Assembly: GCA_039933895.1 (NCBI GenBank)
Contig: JBDTNG010000271.1
Coordinates: 1 to 43,747, forward strand
Source of the DNA: Flavobacterium sp.
Lineage (GTDB): Bacteria; Bacteroidota; Bacteroidia; Flavobacteriales; Flavobacteriaceae
DNA length: 43,747 nucleotides
Direction of reading: 5' to 3'
Under the pieces are notes generated by a model. The model worked only from the letters and a program-made list of their open reading frames with translations. It did not search any database and was not told where the DNA came from. Made by a program: the position numbers and the translations under genes. Each line of letters opens with the position of its first letter. Within the stretch, counting starts at the first letter, position 1. This document shows, piece by piece, positions 19,324-28,113 of this stretch.

Positions 19324-19824
19324 TTATTTTGAGGCATTAACAACGTTGTAAAAATTGTAGTCCGTGTTTGATGCATCGGTAATACCAATATTTCTTCCAA
19401 TGGTCACGATTTGCCCTCGATGATATGTTCCATGATTGACTATCTGCATGAGATAATCGCATTTTGGCAATTCGCATTGAAACCAAGGGCTTTCAATTTT
19501 AACTTTTTCGGACAGTTCTTCTTCGGATAATGAGTCAATAAGTTTTGCTAATTCAGTTGATCTGTTTACTAATCCTTTCAATATTTCATCTGTTACTAAT
19601 TCGACATTTTCTCTTGTGTCAAATTCAGGAGTTTCTGCGATTATAGCATACCAATATTCTTCTGTGGCCCAAATATGATTCAGCGTTTTAATGATACTTG
19701 AATAACTTGAAGGCAGTTCCTTATGAAGTAATTCGTCTGATTTTGGCGAAAGCCAATTTGCAAATTGCTGATTTACCCAAACATTATAATTCGCATAATT
19801 TGTCATTAATTTCTTTAAGCTCAT
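19324..19824 (-). CDS. DinB/YfiT superfamily protein
   Basis: YNVWVN, SIIKTLNHI and NHGTYHRGQ (His triad). Confidence 0.92.
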   Translation of the reverse strand: MSLKKLMTNYANYNVWVNQQFANWLSPKSDELLHKELPSSYSSIIKTLNHIWATEEYWYAIIAETPEFDTRENVELVTDEILKGLVNRSTELAKLIDSLSEEELSEKVKIESPWFQCELPKCDYLMQIVNHGTYHRGQIVTIGRNIGITDASNTDYNFYNVVNASK

Positions 19825-19898
19825 GATGTATTGTTTTTGTTCGAATGAAAAAGAGTTGATTGATTTAGTATGACTGTTCGTTTTTATCTTTTAACTGA

Positions 19899-20387
19899 TT
19901 ATTGTCTTTCCCAGAAGAAAGGTGGTTCGATACCCAAAGCACGCAAATAAACGTATCCTTGTCCGCGGTGGTGCACTTCGTTATCAATAAAATAAAGAAT
20001 GTTATGAATGATTGGGAATTCGTATTGCCCGAAAAGATTGAAGGTTTCATTAAAATCTTCCACAGTTAATTTCTCCCAGTTTTCGTTAATTTCCTTGGTT
20101 GACTGATCCCATTTTTCCAAATATTGTGCTTTGGTTGTTAGATTGTCTGTTGCTTTTTCGGTAAAAGGCTCACTGATACGATTTACAATTCCATACAAAG
20201 CAGGTGAAGCAATAGCTAAAAGTTCGTCAGTCAACTTAGCAAACGTTCGCATTCCGGCGATAGAAAATTCGAAGAAATCTTTTTCAGGAAAAAGCTCAAT
20301 TGTACGACGGGTTAAAGCACGGTGTCCTTGCCAATGTTTTAATAAATCCTGAGAACTGATGACTTGTGGTACTGATAATGTGTCCAT
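19899..20387 (-). CDS. DinB/YfiT superfamily protein
   Basis: Start set at ATG 20387 (MDTLS); HWQGHRALTRR, GMRTF and DNEVHHRGQGYVYLRALGIEPP motifs. Confidence 0.92.
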   Translation of the reverse strand: MDTLSVPQVISSQDLLKHWQGHRALTRRTIELFPEKDFFEFSIAGMRTFAKLTDELLAIASPALYGIVNRISEPFTEKATDNLTTKAQYLEKWDQSTKEINENWEKLTVEDFNETFNLFGQYEFPIIHNILYFIDNEVHHRGQGYVYLRALGIEPPFFWERQ

Positions 20388-20416
20388 GATATTTGTTGTT
20401 TTAATTATTAATACTC

Positions 20417-20451
20417 CAAAATTAAAAGGGGTTGGTGACAACAGTTTGTCA
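20417..20451 (-). promoter_or_regulatory. Promoter of the DinB pair with a palindromic candidate WYL operator
   Basis: Minus strand reads TGACA-AACTGT-TGTCA-C-CAACCCCTTT-TAATTTTG: a TGACA-N6-TGTCA palindrome (20436-20451) followed by a TAnnTTTG -7 element. Confidence 0.7.
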
Positions 20452-20537
20452 GTAGTATTTTCCTTTTTTATTTTTTTTTTAAAATAAATTGAAAACAGAT
20501 GCTGAAGACTCTTATTTAAAAGCGAAAAAAATCTTCG

Positions 20538-20545
20538 TACCTTTG
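20538..20545 (+). promoter_or_regulatory. Bacteroidota -7 element of thiL
   Basis: TACCTTTG. Confidence 0.55.
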
Positions 20546-20577
20546 CCCCTTTATAACAAAAAATTAGTGACTGAAGC

Positions 20578-20601
20578 GATTGCTTCGTTCCTCGCAATGA
20601 C
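20578..20601 (-). repeat. REP-like element (GTCATTGCGAGG...GCAATC family)
   Basis: Reverse complement gtcattgcgaggaacgaagcaatc shares both ends with the copies at 38316 and 42538. Confidence 0.75.
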
Positions 20602-20602
20602 T

Positions 20603-21652
20603 ATGATAGAAGATAAAACTCCACAAAGAACAAGTATAGCACAATTGGGCGAATTTGGCCTGATAGACCATTTGACCAAGCATTTTGAAATTACGCAAGA
20701 ATCGACTTTGAAAGGCATTGGTGACGATGCGGCTGTTTTGGATTTCAAGGATAAAAAAGTCGTGGTTTCAACCGATTTATTAATTGAAGGCGTACATTTC
20801 GATTTGGCTTACATGCCATTGAAGCATTTGGGATACAAAGCTGTTGTAGCGAATGTTTCCGACATCTGTGCAATGAATGCCAAAGCAACTCAAATTACAG
20901 TTTCGGTAGCGGTATCGAATCGTTTTCCCTTGGAAGCTTTAGAAGAATTATTTGCCGGAATTACATTAGCATCAAAAGAATATAATGTAGATGTGATTGG
21001 TGGTGACACAACTTCATCGCAAAAAGGATTGATTATTTCGATTACTGCTATTGGTGAAGCCGATGAAAATGAAATCGTATACCGAAATGGTGCCAAACAA
21101 ACCGATTTATTAGTGGTTACTGGCGATTTAGGTGCCGCGTATATGGGATTACAGGTATTAGAGCGTGAGAAACAAGTTTTTCAGGTGAATCCGAATTCGC
21201 AACCAGATTTAGATGCTTATACCTATTTGATAGAGCGACAATTGAAACCGGAAGCCAGAAAAGACGTTAGAACTTTATTGTATGCTTTGGAAATCAAACC
21301 AACATCGATGATTGATATTTCTGATGGATTGTCTTCGGAAATTATGCATTTGTGTAAACAATCGGGTGTGGGTTGTAATTTGTATGAAGATAAATTACCA
21401 TTAGATCCTCAGTTTATTTCGGTGTGTGAAGAATTTAATATAGACAGTACTACCGTTGCTATTAATGGTGGAGAAGATTACGAATTACTTTTCACTATCG
21501 CTATGGATGATTTTGATAAAATTAAAGGAAATCCGAACTTTTCTGTTATTGGTCACATGACTCAGGAAAGTGAAGGAATCCATTTAGTGACCCGAGCGAA
21601 TACCAGAATTGCTTTGAAAGCGAGAGGTTGGGATGCTTTGGCTGAGGAATAA
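20603..21652 (+). CDS. thiL: Thiamine-monophosphate kinase
   Basis: LGEFGLI, GIGDDAA, STDLLIEGVHF, SDICAM, GGDT, IDISDGL and GGEDYELLFT motifs. Start set at ATG 20603. Confidence 0.96.
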   Translation: MIEDKTPQRTSIAQLGEFGLIDHLTKHFEITQESTLKGIGDDAAVLDFKDKKVVVSTDLLIEGVHFDLAYMPLKHLGYKAVVANVSDICAMNAKATQITVSVAVSNRFPLEALEELFAGITLASKEYNVDVIGGDTTSSQKGLIISITAIGEADENEIVYRNGAKQTDLLVVTGDLGAAYMGLQVLEREKQVFQVNPNSQPDLDAYTYLIERQLKPEARKDVRTLLYALEIKPTSMIDISDGLSSEIMHLCKQSGVGCNLYEDKLPLDPQFISVCEEFNIDSTTVAINGGEDYELLFTIAMDDFDKIKGNPNFSVIGHMTQESEGIHLVTRANTRIALKARGWDALAEE

Positions 21653-21658
21653 AAAAAC

Positions 21659-21689
21659 AAAAAAGGAGCTATTGCAGCTCCTTTTTTTT
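21659..21689. terminator. Bidirectional terminator
   Basis: aaaaggagct-attgc-agctcctttt with A and T tails. Confidence 0.85.
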
Positions 21690-22086
21690 ATAATCGTTTT
21701 ACCAGTTCTTTAATTCTTTCACCAACAAATTCTGATTTCTTATCTGTTACTGCCATCTTAAAATCTTCTCCATCTGCACTCCCAAAATTTACTAATATTG
21801 CTCTATATAGTTCAATAAAATGCTTGTCTCTTTTTTTGAACCAAAGCAGTTGCTCTTTTTTTAATTTCTCTTTTTCGTCAGAAGACAGAGTTGACCTCAC
21901 ATTATTGTACACTGTATTTAATAAGGCGTCCATTTGTTTGTAATAATCCTCCAAACAACCTAACATACTCACACCACTCTCAATACAATCTTCTTTAGTT
22001 ATTTCCAAATCCAGGACTGTGGGTATCGTTTGAGAAAATCCTATAGCACTGCATAAAAACAAAACTAAAAAAACTAGTTTTTTCAT
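21688..22086 (-). CDS. LprI/DUF1311-like exported protein
   Basis: Signal peptide; C...M..C...D..LN..Y...L..EQ..W...RD pattern. Confidence 0.8.
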   Translation of the reverse strand: MKKLVFLVLFLCSAIGFSQTIPTVLDLEITKEDCIESGVSMLGCLEDYYKQMDALLNTVYNNVRSTLSSDEKEKLKKEQLLWFKKRDKHFIELYRAILVNFGSADGEDFKMAVTDKKSEFVGERIKELVKRL

Positions 22087-22095
22087 CCCGGTAAA

Positions 22096-23070
22096 TTAAT
22101 ATCCTAATTTGACTCTAACTCTATTTAAAACACCATTCGCGACAGTTGTTGCTTTTTTGGCACCTTCTAGCAAAGCTTCTTCCAATTCTGGAAGATTATT
22201 CATATAGTAATTATATTTTTCTCTTTCTACCACAAACTTCTCCGTGATTAATTCGAAATACGCTTGTTTAGCATGACCGTAACCAAAATCACGATTCACG
22301 TTTTTATATTTTTCAGTCATCGCAACGATTTGTGCTTCGCTCGCCAATAATTTATACAAAGCGAAAATCTTGCACGTGTCTGGATTTTTAGGTTCTTCTA
22401 ATGGCGTGCTATCGGTTTCAATACCCATAACCTGTTTACGCAAAGCTTTGTCATCCAAAAAGATATTAATAATATTATTTCTAGACTTGCTCATTTTCTG
22501 ACCGTCAGTTCCTGGAATAAGCATAGTATCCTCCTGCACTTTGGCTTCAGGTAATACAAACGTTTCTCCCATTTGGAAATTAAATCGTGAAGCCACGTCA
22601 CGCGTGATTTCAACGTGCTGCATTTGATCTTTTCCCACAGGAACGACTTCTGCATCATATAATAAAATATCGGCCGCCATAAGCATCGGATACGTAAACA
22701 ATCCCGCATTGACATCTTCTAATCGGTCAGCTTTATCTTTAAATGAATGTGCTAATGTTAATCTCTGGAAAGGAAAAAAGCAACTCAAATACCAAGACAA
22801 TTCTGCCGTTTGAGGCACATCACTTTGGCGATAGAAAATTACTTTATCGGTATTCAAACCACAAGCCAACCAAGCTGCTGCAGTACTGTTTGTATTTTGT
22901 CTTAATGTAGTTCCGTCTTTTATTTGAGTAATCGAATGCAAATCGGCAATAAAAAGAAACGATTCGTTTCCTGGTTCGTTTGCCATTTGGATTGCTGGTA
23001 TGATTGCACCTAATAAATTTCCTAAGTGTGGAGTTCCTGTACTTTGTATTCCAGTAAGAATTTTTGCCAT
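22096..23070 (-). CDS. trpS: Tryptophan--tRNA ligase
   Basis: TGIQSTGTPHLGN, YPMLMAADIL, VPVGKDQ and KMSKS motifs. Confidence 0.98.
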   Translation of the reverse strand: MAKILTGIQSTGTPHLGNLLGAIIPAIQMANEPGNESFLFIADLHSITQIKDGTTLRQNTNSTAAAWLACGLNTDKVIFYRQSDVPQTAELSWYLSCFFPFQRLTLAHSFKDKADRLEDVNAGLFTYPMLMAADILLYDAEVVPVGKDQMQHVEITRDVASRFNFQMGETFVLPEAKVQEDTMLIPGTDGQKMSKSRNNIINIFLDDKALRKQVMGIETDSTPLEEPKNPDTCKIFALYKLLASEAQIVAMTEKYKNVNRDFGYGHAKQAYFELITEKFVVEREKYNYYMNNLPELEEALLEGAKKATTVANGVLNRVRVKLGY

Positions 23071-23146
23071 TGTGATTTTAATACTAATTTCAGCAAAGTT
23101 AGTTAATAATTAAAAAAATCAACATTGATTCCTTATTTTTGGAACT

Positions 23147-23893
23147 ATGAAATTACTTAAAATACCTTTTTGGATTATTTGGCGGATTTGGTTTTATATA
23201 ATGGTGCTTTTACCCATCATTATTCTGTTCCCTTTTCTTTTTATTTCACTATTGAAAGAATCGTGGTATCCATATTTTTATAAATTGGCCAGAATATGGG
23301 CAAAGTTCATTTTATACGGCATGGGGTTTTATTACACCATAGAAGCCGAAGAAGAAATCATCAAAGGCAAAAGCTATATGTTTATTGCCAACCATACTTC
23401 TATGACCGACATTATGTTGATGCTGGCTGTGACTAAAAACCCATGTGTGTTTGTTGGAAAAAAAGAATTGGTTAAGATTCCTTTGTTTGGATTTTTCTTC
23501 AAACGTTCTTCTATCATGGTCGACAGAGACAGTCCAAAAAGCCGACTTGCAGTTTACGAAAGAGCTCAAAAACGCATCAGTCAAGGTTTAAGTATTTGCA
23601 TTTTTCCTGAAGGCAAAGTACCTGATGACGAAAGCATTGTATTGGATGAATTTAAAAGCGGCGCCTTCAATTTGGCCATCGACCACAAATTACCAATCGT
23701 TCCAATGGCTTTTGGTGACAATAAAAAACGCTTTTCTTATACTTTTTTTAGTGGAAGCCCAGGAAAAATGAGAGTTAAAATTCTTCCTTTTATTCAAACT
23801 GAAAATCTCGTACATCACGATCGCAAAACAATCAGAGATGAAGCACGAAATGTGATTTACAATCAATTGATCGCCTTTGAATCTACCAAATAA
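23147..23893 (+). CDS. Lysophospholipid acyltransferase (PlsC family)
   Basis: ANHTSMTD (HX4D), IFPEG, FKSGAF and LPIVP motifs. Confidence 0.92.
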   Translation: MKLLKIPFWIIWRIWFYIMVLLPIIILFPFLFISLLKESWYPYFYKLARIWAKFILYGMGFYYTIEAEEEIIKGKSYMFIANHTSMTDIMLMLAVTKNPCVFVGKKELVKIPLFGFFFKRSSIMVDRDSPKSRLAVYERAQKRISQGLSICIFPEGKVPDDESIVLDEFKSGAFNLAIDHKLPIVPMAFGDNKKRFSYTFFSGSPGKMRVKILPFIQTENLVHHDRKTIRDEARNVIYNQLIAFESTK

Positions 23894-23918
23894 AAAAGTG
23901 CCCTGGCGAGGCACTTTT
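23892..23918. terminator. Bidirectional terminator
   Basis: aaaagtgcc-ctggcga-ggcactttt. Confidence 0.75.
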
Positions 23919-23986
23919 CCACATGTTGTATAAAACAACATTACTTAACTAAAAAATATTATTACAAACATTAACTAACTCCAAAT

Positions 23987-25921
23987 TTAAAACTTGAAAC
24001 TCAACCCAGAGTACAGCCCTATTAGATAGGGCTTGAATCCTCCAGAGTTATCATTGAACGTATTGATCTGATATTTGAATGTTGGCTCAAAATTGGCTTC
24101 AAATGATTTCCAAAAACTATATTTGAATCCTAATCCTATATTGGTACTAAAGTGAACTTTATTCAAGTTATTTGCTTCTCCAAGAACAGTTGTTAATCCA
24201 GAAGAAACTACCGAAACCTGATTGTCATTTAAAAACAAGGTACTCACCCCTGTAATAAACTGAATCCCAAATTTTTTATCTAATAATTTATAAGAAACCT
24301 CAACAGGAACCTCAACATAACCCATACGTTGACTTAGGTATCCAGTTTCTTTGTTTTGTATAGCCAATTCTTGTGAAGAGGCATTTTTTCTATCTTCAAT
24401 AACTATTGATTGTGCATCAGGTCTTAAATCGATTGTTGTAATTGCATTATGCCCGCTTAATCCTTTTGAATTCAAATCAGCATAAAAAGCAATATCATTG
24501 GTGTTGTAGCCTAAATCAAATTGATTGATTCCAGTTCTCAACGAAACTTTAGAACTTAAAGCATAATCTACCCCTAAACCGATACTCATTTTATTTTCGA
24601 ATTTTTTAGAGTTATCCGCAAATTGTGCATCAATAGGAGAACCTTCTGGAGAATTCATATAAAGTGGCGCAACATTGGGTTTGATTTTCCATTTTGGAGT
24701 GCTTTCTACCAATACTTTTTCTTCTTTTTTCTGAAGTTCTTTTTCTTTTAGAATTTTTTCCAGTGGATTTTCTTCTGCCGCAACTGCAACGGAATCCTTA
24801 GCAATTACTGCCAAAGGATTCACACTTTGATTTGTTGCACTTGCAATAGAACTTTTCTGATTGATGTTGTCAGAAGAGTTCTCAATCGGATTTGTATTCT
24901 CGGTTAAATTGACTACTGATTTAGCATCCGAAGCATTAGTATTTTGTGCCACAGATTGCGTTTCTTTATTTGAATTATCAAAAGAAGTATTCTCTTTACT
25001 TAAATTATCACCCTTAAGTGACGCTTTCTGATTTACAGTTTGGTTGTTTTGAGCAACTGACTGCGATTGTGTTTCTTCATTTGAATTGTCAAAAGAAGTA
25101 CTCTCTTTACTTAAATTACCATTCTTAAGTGAAGCTTTCTGATTTACAGTTTGGTTGTTTTGAGCAACTGACTGCGATTGTGTTTCTTCATTTGAATTGT
25201 CAAAAGAAGTACTCTCTTTACTTAAATTACCATTCTTAAGTGAAGCTTTCTGATTTACAGTTTGGTTGTTTTGAACAACAGACTGCGATTGTGTTTCGTT
25301 ATAAGAAGGAGAAATTCCAGCAACTTTTTCATCCTCGGAAAGAAGTGATTTAGTGCTGTTTGATTTTTTATGCTTATTGGTATGAACGGCTACTTGATTC
25401 GTTATATTAGATTGAAACGATTGGACAACTCTATTCGATTTTGCTTTTTTATTTTCAACTACTGAGTAGTTTGAATTTGATTGATTTGATTTTGAGTTTT
25501 GATTACTAACATTATTGTCTTCATTCACAACTACTACATTGTTTTGATTTGGTTTTGTTGAAATGGCATTGTTAGTTGGAACTATCGAGCTGTTCTTTTG
25601 AAGCTCTTTTACTGAAGTATTTTGTAGGTTCTCTTTTTGAAGAAGTTCTTTTTCCGAGGATTCAGAAGAAACAACTTTTTCAGCATTATTTTCTGTCGAA
25701 TTAGGATGTCCACCATTTGTATAAGTGTCAATGGCAAAATAACCCAATACTAAAGAAGCTGCAATCCCTGAAGCTTTAAACCAAAAAGGAATGACACGTC
25801 TTTTATTTTCTTTCTTCTCTAATTTTGAGGCAATATTTTCCCATGCTTGAGGGGCTGGAGCCACTTCAAAATCTTTGAATTTTTCTTGGAACAATCGTTC
25901 TATATTTTTTCTTTCGCTCAT
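23987..25921 (-). CDS. Putative anti-sigma factor fused to a C-terminal outer-membrane beta-barrel
   Basis: N-terminal LFQEKFKDFEVAP...WENI (anti-sigma-like), one TM helix, long N/Q/S-rich linker, amphipathic strands ending GLSFKF; ATGA overlap with the ECF sigma gene. Confidence 0.8.
   Translation of the reverse strand: MSERKNIERLFQEKFKDFEVAPAPQAWENIASKLEKKENKRRVIPFWFKASGIAASLVLGYFAIDTYTNGGHPNSTENNAEKVVSSESSEKELLQKENLQNTSVKELQKNSSIVPTNNAISTKPNQNNVVVVNEDNNVSNQNSKSNQSNSNYSVVENKKAKSNRVVQSFQSNITNQVAVHTNKHKKSNSTKSLLSEDEKVAGISPSYNETQSQSVVQNNQTVNQKASLKNGNLSKESTSFDNSNEETQSQSVAQNNQTVNQKASLKNGNLSKESTSFDNSNEETQSQSVAQNNQTVNQKASLKGDNLSKENTSFDNSNKETQSVAQNTNASDAKSVVNLTENTNPIENSSDNINQKSSIASATNQSVNPLAVIAKDSVAVAAEENPLEKILKEKELQKKEEKVLVESTPKWKIKPNVAPLYMNSPEGSPIDAQFADNSKKFENKMSIGLGVDYALSSKVSLRTGINQFDLGYNTNDIAFYADLNSKGLSGHNAITTIDLRPDAQSIVIEDRKNASSQELAIQNKETGYLSQRMGYVEVPVEVSYKLLDKKFGIQFITGVSTLFLNDNQVSVVSSGLTTVLGEANNLNKVHFSTNIGLGFKYSFWKSFEANFEPTFKYQINTFNDNSGGFKPYLIGLYSGLSFKF
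24965..25297 (-). repeat. In-frame tandem repeat, 3 x 111 bp (37 aa)
   Basis: gctttctgatttacag recurs at 25023, 25134 and 25245; unit ETQSQSVAQNNQTVNQKASLKNGNLSKESTSFDNSNE. Confidence 0.95.
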
Positions 25922-26457
25922 TTTACAGAAGGTACTATTTTATCTTGTAATGCGTCAATCTTCTCTTTCAATATCATTTTGGCTCGAGCCAAATTAGATT
26001 TACTGGTGCCTATCGAAATACCTAACATTTCCGCAATTTCTTTGTGTGAATAATCGTCTAGAACATATAAATTAAACACAAGTCTATAGCGATCCGGTAA
26101 TTCTTGAATCATTTTTAACAAAACATCCAAACTTATATTCTCATCATCAATTTCTACCGAAGCTTCGTCTACAACATCATTGACCAACTCTAGAAATGTT
26201 GTCTTTCGGTATTGTTGTAAAACGTGATTAACCATAATCCGCTTTGCCCAACCATCAAATGAACCTGTAAAATTATACTGGTCAATCTTATCAAAGATAA
26301 TTAAAAAACCATCTTGAAGGTTATCTTGCGCTTCTGCATAATTCCTTGAATACTTCAAACATACAGAAAACAACTTAGCAGCATACAACTGGTATAATTG
26401 TTCTTGTGATTTGGTATTTCTTTCTAGACATCCTTGTATGAGCGCTGATAAAGCCAA
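25918..26457 (-). CDS. ECF-type RNA polymerase sigma factor
   Basis: AQDNLQDGF and SFDGWAKRI (region 2); LPDRYRLVFNL...YSHKEIAEMLGISIGTSKSNLARAK (region 4). Confidence 0.96.
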   Translation of the reverse strand: MALSALIQGCLERNTKSQEQLYQLYAAKLFSVCLKYSRNYAEAQDNLQDGFLIIFDKIDQYNFTGSFDGWAKRIMVNHVLQQYRKTTFLELVNDVVDEASVEIDDENISLDVLLKMIQELPDRYRLVFNLYVLDDYSHKEIAEMLGISIGTSKSNLARAKMILKEKIDALQDKIVPSVK

Positions 26458-26471
26458 ATTAAATCAATTAC

Positions 26472-26885
26472 TTATGGTACAACTGGAATTTCAACTTCTT
26501 GGTAAACATCAACTCCATTTTCATCTTTCCCTTTCCAAAGTTTAAAAATATAACTGGTTTGATTTGTTGGTTTGAAATTTAAAATCTCTGTAATTGGCAC
26601 ATGATTTGTTTCGGTGCAATTGTTTTGTTCAACAACCATCGTTTCAATAGCTAGAGTCCTAACATTTAAGTTTTGATTGTAATAAAACCCATTAAAAATA
26701 TGACAGGTAGTTGGTCTTATATACTGAATATGCAATTCATAAAGACTATCTCTTTTAAACTCAGCAGGTAAGTCTGCACTATCAACAGGAAGCAATTCCA
26801 CATGGAATTTAGTACCATCATCGGCATTCAATTCGCACCCGGCAAAAGCTAGCGCGACACCTAAAAGTAACAAAATCTTTTTCAT
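26472..26885 (-). CDS. Hypothetical lipoprotein
   Basis: MKKILLLLGVALAFAG-C lipobox followed by acidic residues; two further Cys. Start set at ATG 26885. Confidence 0.85.
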   Translation of the reverse strand: MKKILLLLGVALAFAGCELNADDGTKFHVELLPVDSADLPAEFKRDSLYELHIQYIRPTTCHIFNGFYYNQNLNVRTLAIETMVVEQNNCTETNHVPITEILNFKPTNQTSYIFKLWKGKDENGVDVYQEVEIPVVP

Positions 26886-26907
26886 AAAATTATCATTTAT
26901 ATTTTGT

Positions 26908-26933
26908 AGATGCGTAAACATTAAAAAGGTTGC
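26908..26933 (-). promoter_or_regulatory. Candidate ECF-sigma promoter
   Basis: Minus strand GCAACC-N14-GCATCT, 23 nt upstream of the lipoprotein ATG; resembles the AAC/CGT-type ECF consensus. Confidence 0.55.
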
Positions 26934-26977
26934 GTCAAAAAATAAAAAAACCCAAAATAAATTTTGGGCTTCTTAAA

Positions 26978-27982
26978 TTATGCGTTTGATTCCTTAATAA
27001 ACTGTTTGATTTTAATTTCTAATTCGTCAGCTAATTCTGGATTATCTTTTATTAAAGCTTTTACAGCATCACGTCCCTGACCTAATTTTGTATCACCATA
27101 ACTGAACCAAGATCCTGCTTTTTTGATGATTTCAAATTCTACTGCAAGGTCTAATATTTCTCCTGTTTTAGAAATTCCTTCTCCATACATAATATCGAAT
27201 TCGGCAGTTCTAAAAGGTGGAGCTACTTTATTTTTAACGACTTTTACTTTGGTTCTGTTACCTAAAACATTATCTCCGTCTTTAATTTGTGTTGCACGAC
27301 GAATATCTAAACGTACCGAAGCGTAAAACTTTAAAGCATTTCCTCCAGTTGTGGTTTCAGGATTTCCAAACATCACTCCAATTTTCTCTCTTAATTGGTT
27401 AATAAAGAAAACGGTACAATTTGTTTTGCTAATAGTTCCTGTTAATTTACGAAGTGCTTGCGACATCAATCGAGCGTGAAGACCCATTTTAGAATCCCCC
27501 ATTTCACCTTCAATTTCACTTTTTGGTGTCAATGCAGCAACCGAGTCAATGACTACAATATCTATAGCTCCTGAACGGATAAGATTTTCGGCAATTTCTA
27601 ATGCTTGCTCCCCATTGTCTGGTTGTGAAATAATCAAATTGTCGATATCAACCCCTAATTTTTGAGCATAAAAACGATCAAAAGCGTGTTCTGCATCAAT
27701 AAATGCTGCAATTCCACCTGCTTTTTGTGCTTCAGCAATAGCGTGTAACGTTAACGTTGTTTTACCTGATGATTCTGGTCCATAAATTTCAATGACACGA
27801 CCACGAGGATAACCGTTTACCCCTAATGCTAAATCAAGACCCAATGACCCAGAAGAAATAGTTTCTACTTCTTCAACAGCTTTGTCTCCCATTTTCATTA
27901 CGGTTCCTTTTCCGTAAGTTTTGTCTAATTTGTCTAATGTAAGTTGTAAGGCTTTTAATTTGGCTTCTTTTTCTGCGCTCAT
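26978..27982 (-). CDS. recA: Recombinase A
   Basis: [26 protein letters not shown] and [17 protein letters not shown] motifs. Confidence 0.99.
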   Translation of the reverse strand: MSAEKEAKLKALQLTLDKLDKTYGKGTVMKMGDKAVEEVETISSGSLGLDLALGVNGYPRGRVIEIYGPESSGKTTLTLHAIAEAQKAGGIAAFIDAEHAFDRFYAQKLGVDIDNLIISQPDNGEQALEIAENLIRSGAIDIVVIDSVAALTPKSEIEGEMGDSKMGLHARLMSQALRKLTGTISKTNCTVFFINQLREKIGVMFGNPETTTGGNALKFYASVRLDIRRATQIKDGDNVLGNRTKVKVVKNKVAPPFRTAEFDIMYGEGISKTGEILDLAVEFEIIKKAGSWFSYGDTKLGQGRDAVKALIKDNPELADELEIKIKQFIKESNA

Positions 27983-28059
27983 TTTATATGGATTTTATAT
28001 CAAATTATTTTTAGTAAAAATAAGTTTTTTTTATCATTACAGGATAACAAGTTTTCAAC

Positions 28060-28091
28060 AAAAAAGAAAATCCCTCTAAACAGAGGGATTT
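28060..28091 (-). terminator. Rho-independent terminator
   Basis: aaatccctct-aaac-agagggattt with an A-rich flank. Confidence 0.75.
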
Positions 28092-28113
28092 CATTTATAC
28101 AATTTTAAAAAAT

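Noticed and set aside
19324-20387. DinB genes as DNA polymerase IV
   Set aside because: They are about 165-aa helical DinB/YfiT proteins with His motifs, not Y-family polymerases.
20388-20602. Overlapping long N-termini of DinB (to 20597) and ThiL (from 20489)
   Set aside because: Longest-ORF artefacts; the region holds divergent promoters and a repeat.
24965-25297. Possible CRISPR array
   Set aside because: Units are contiguous 111-bp in-frame coding repeats with no unique spacers, and there are no cas genes.
27983-28113. WYL or LexA-type operator upstream of recA
   Set aside because: No TGACA-N6-TGTCA or other convincing palindrome besides the terminator, so recA cannot be tied to the WYL regulon from this sequence.
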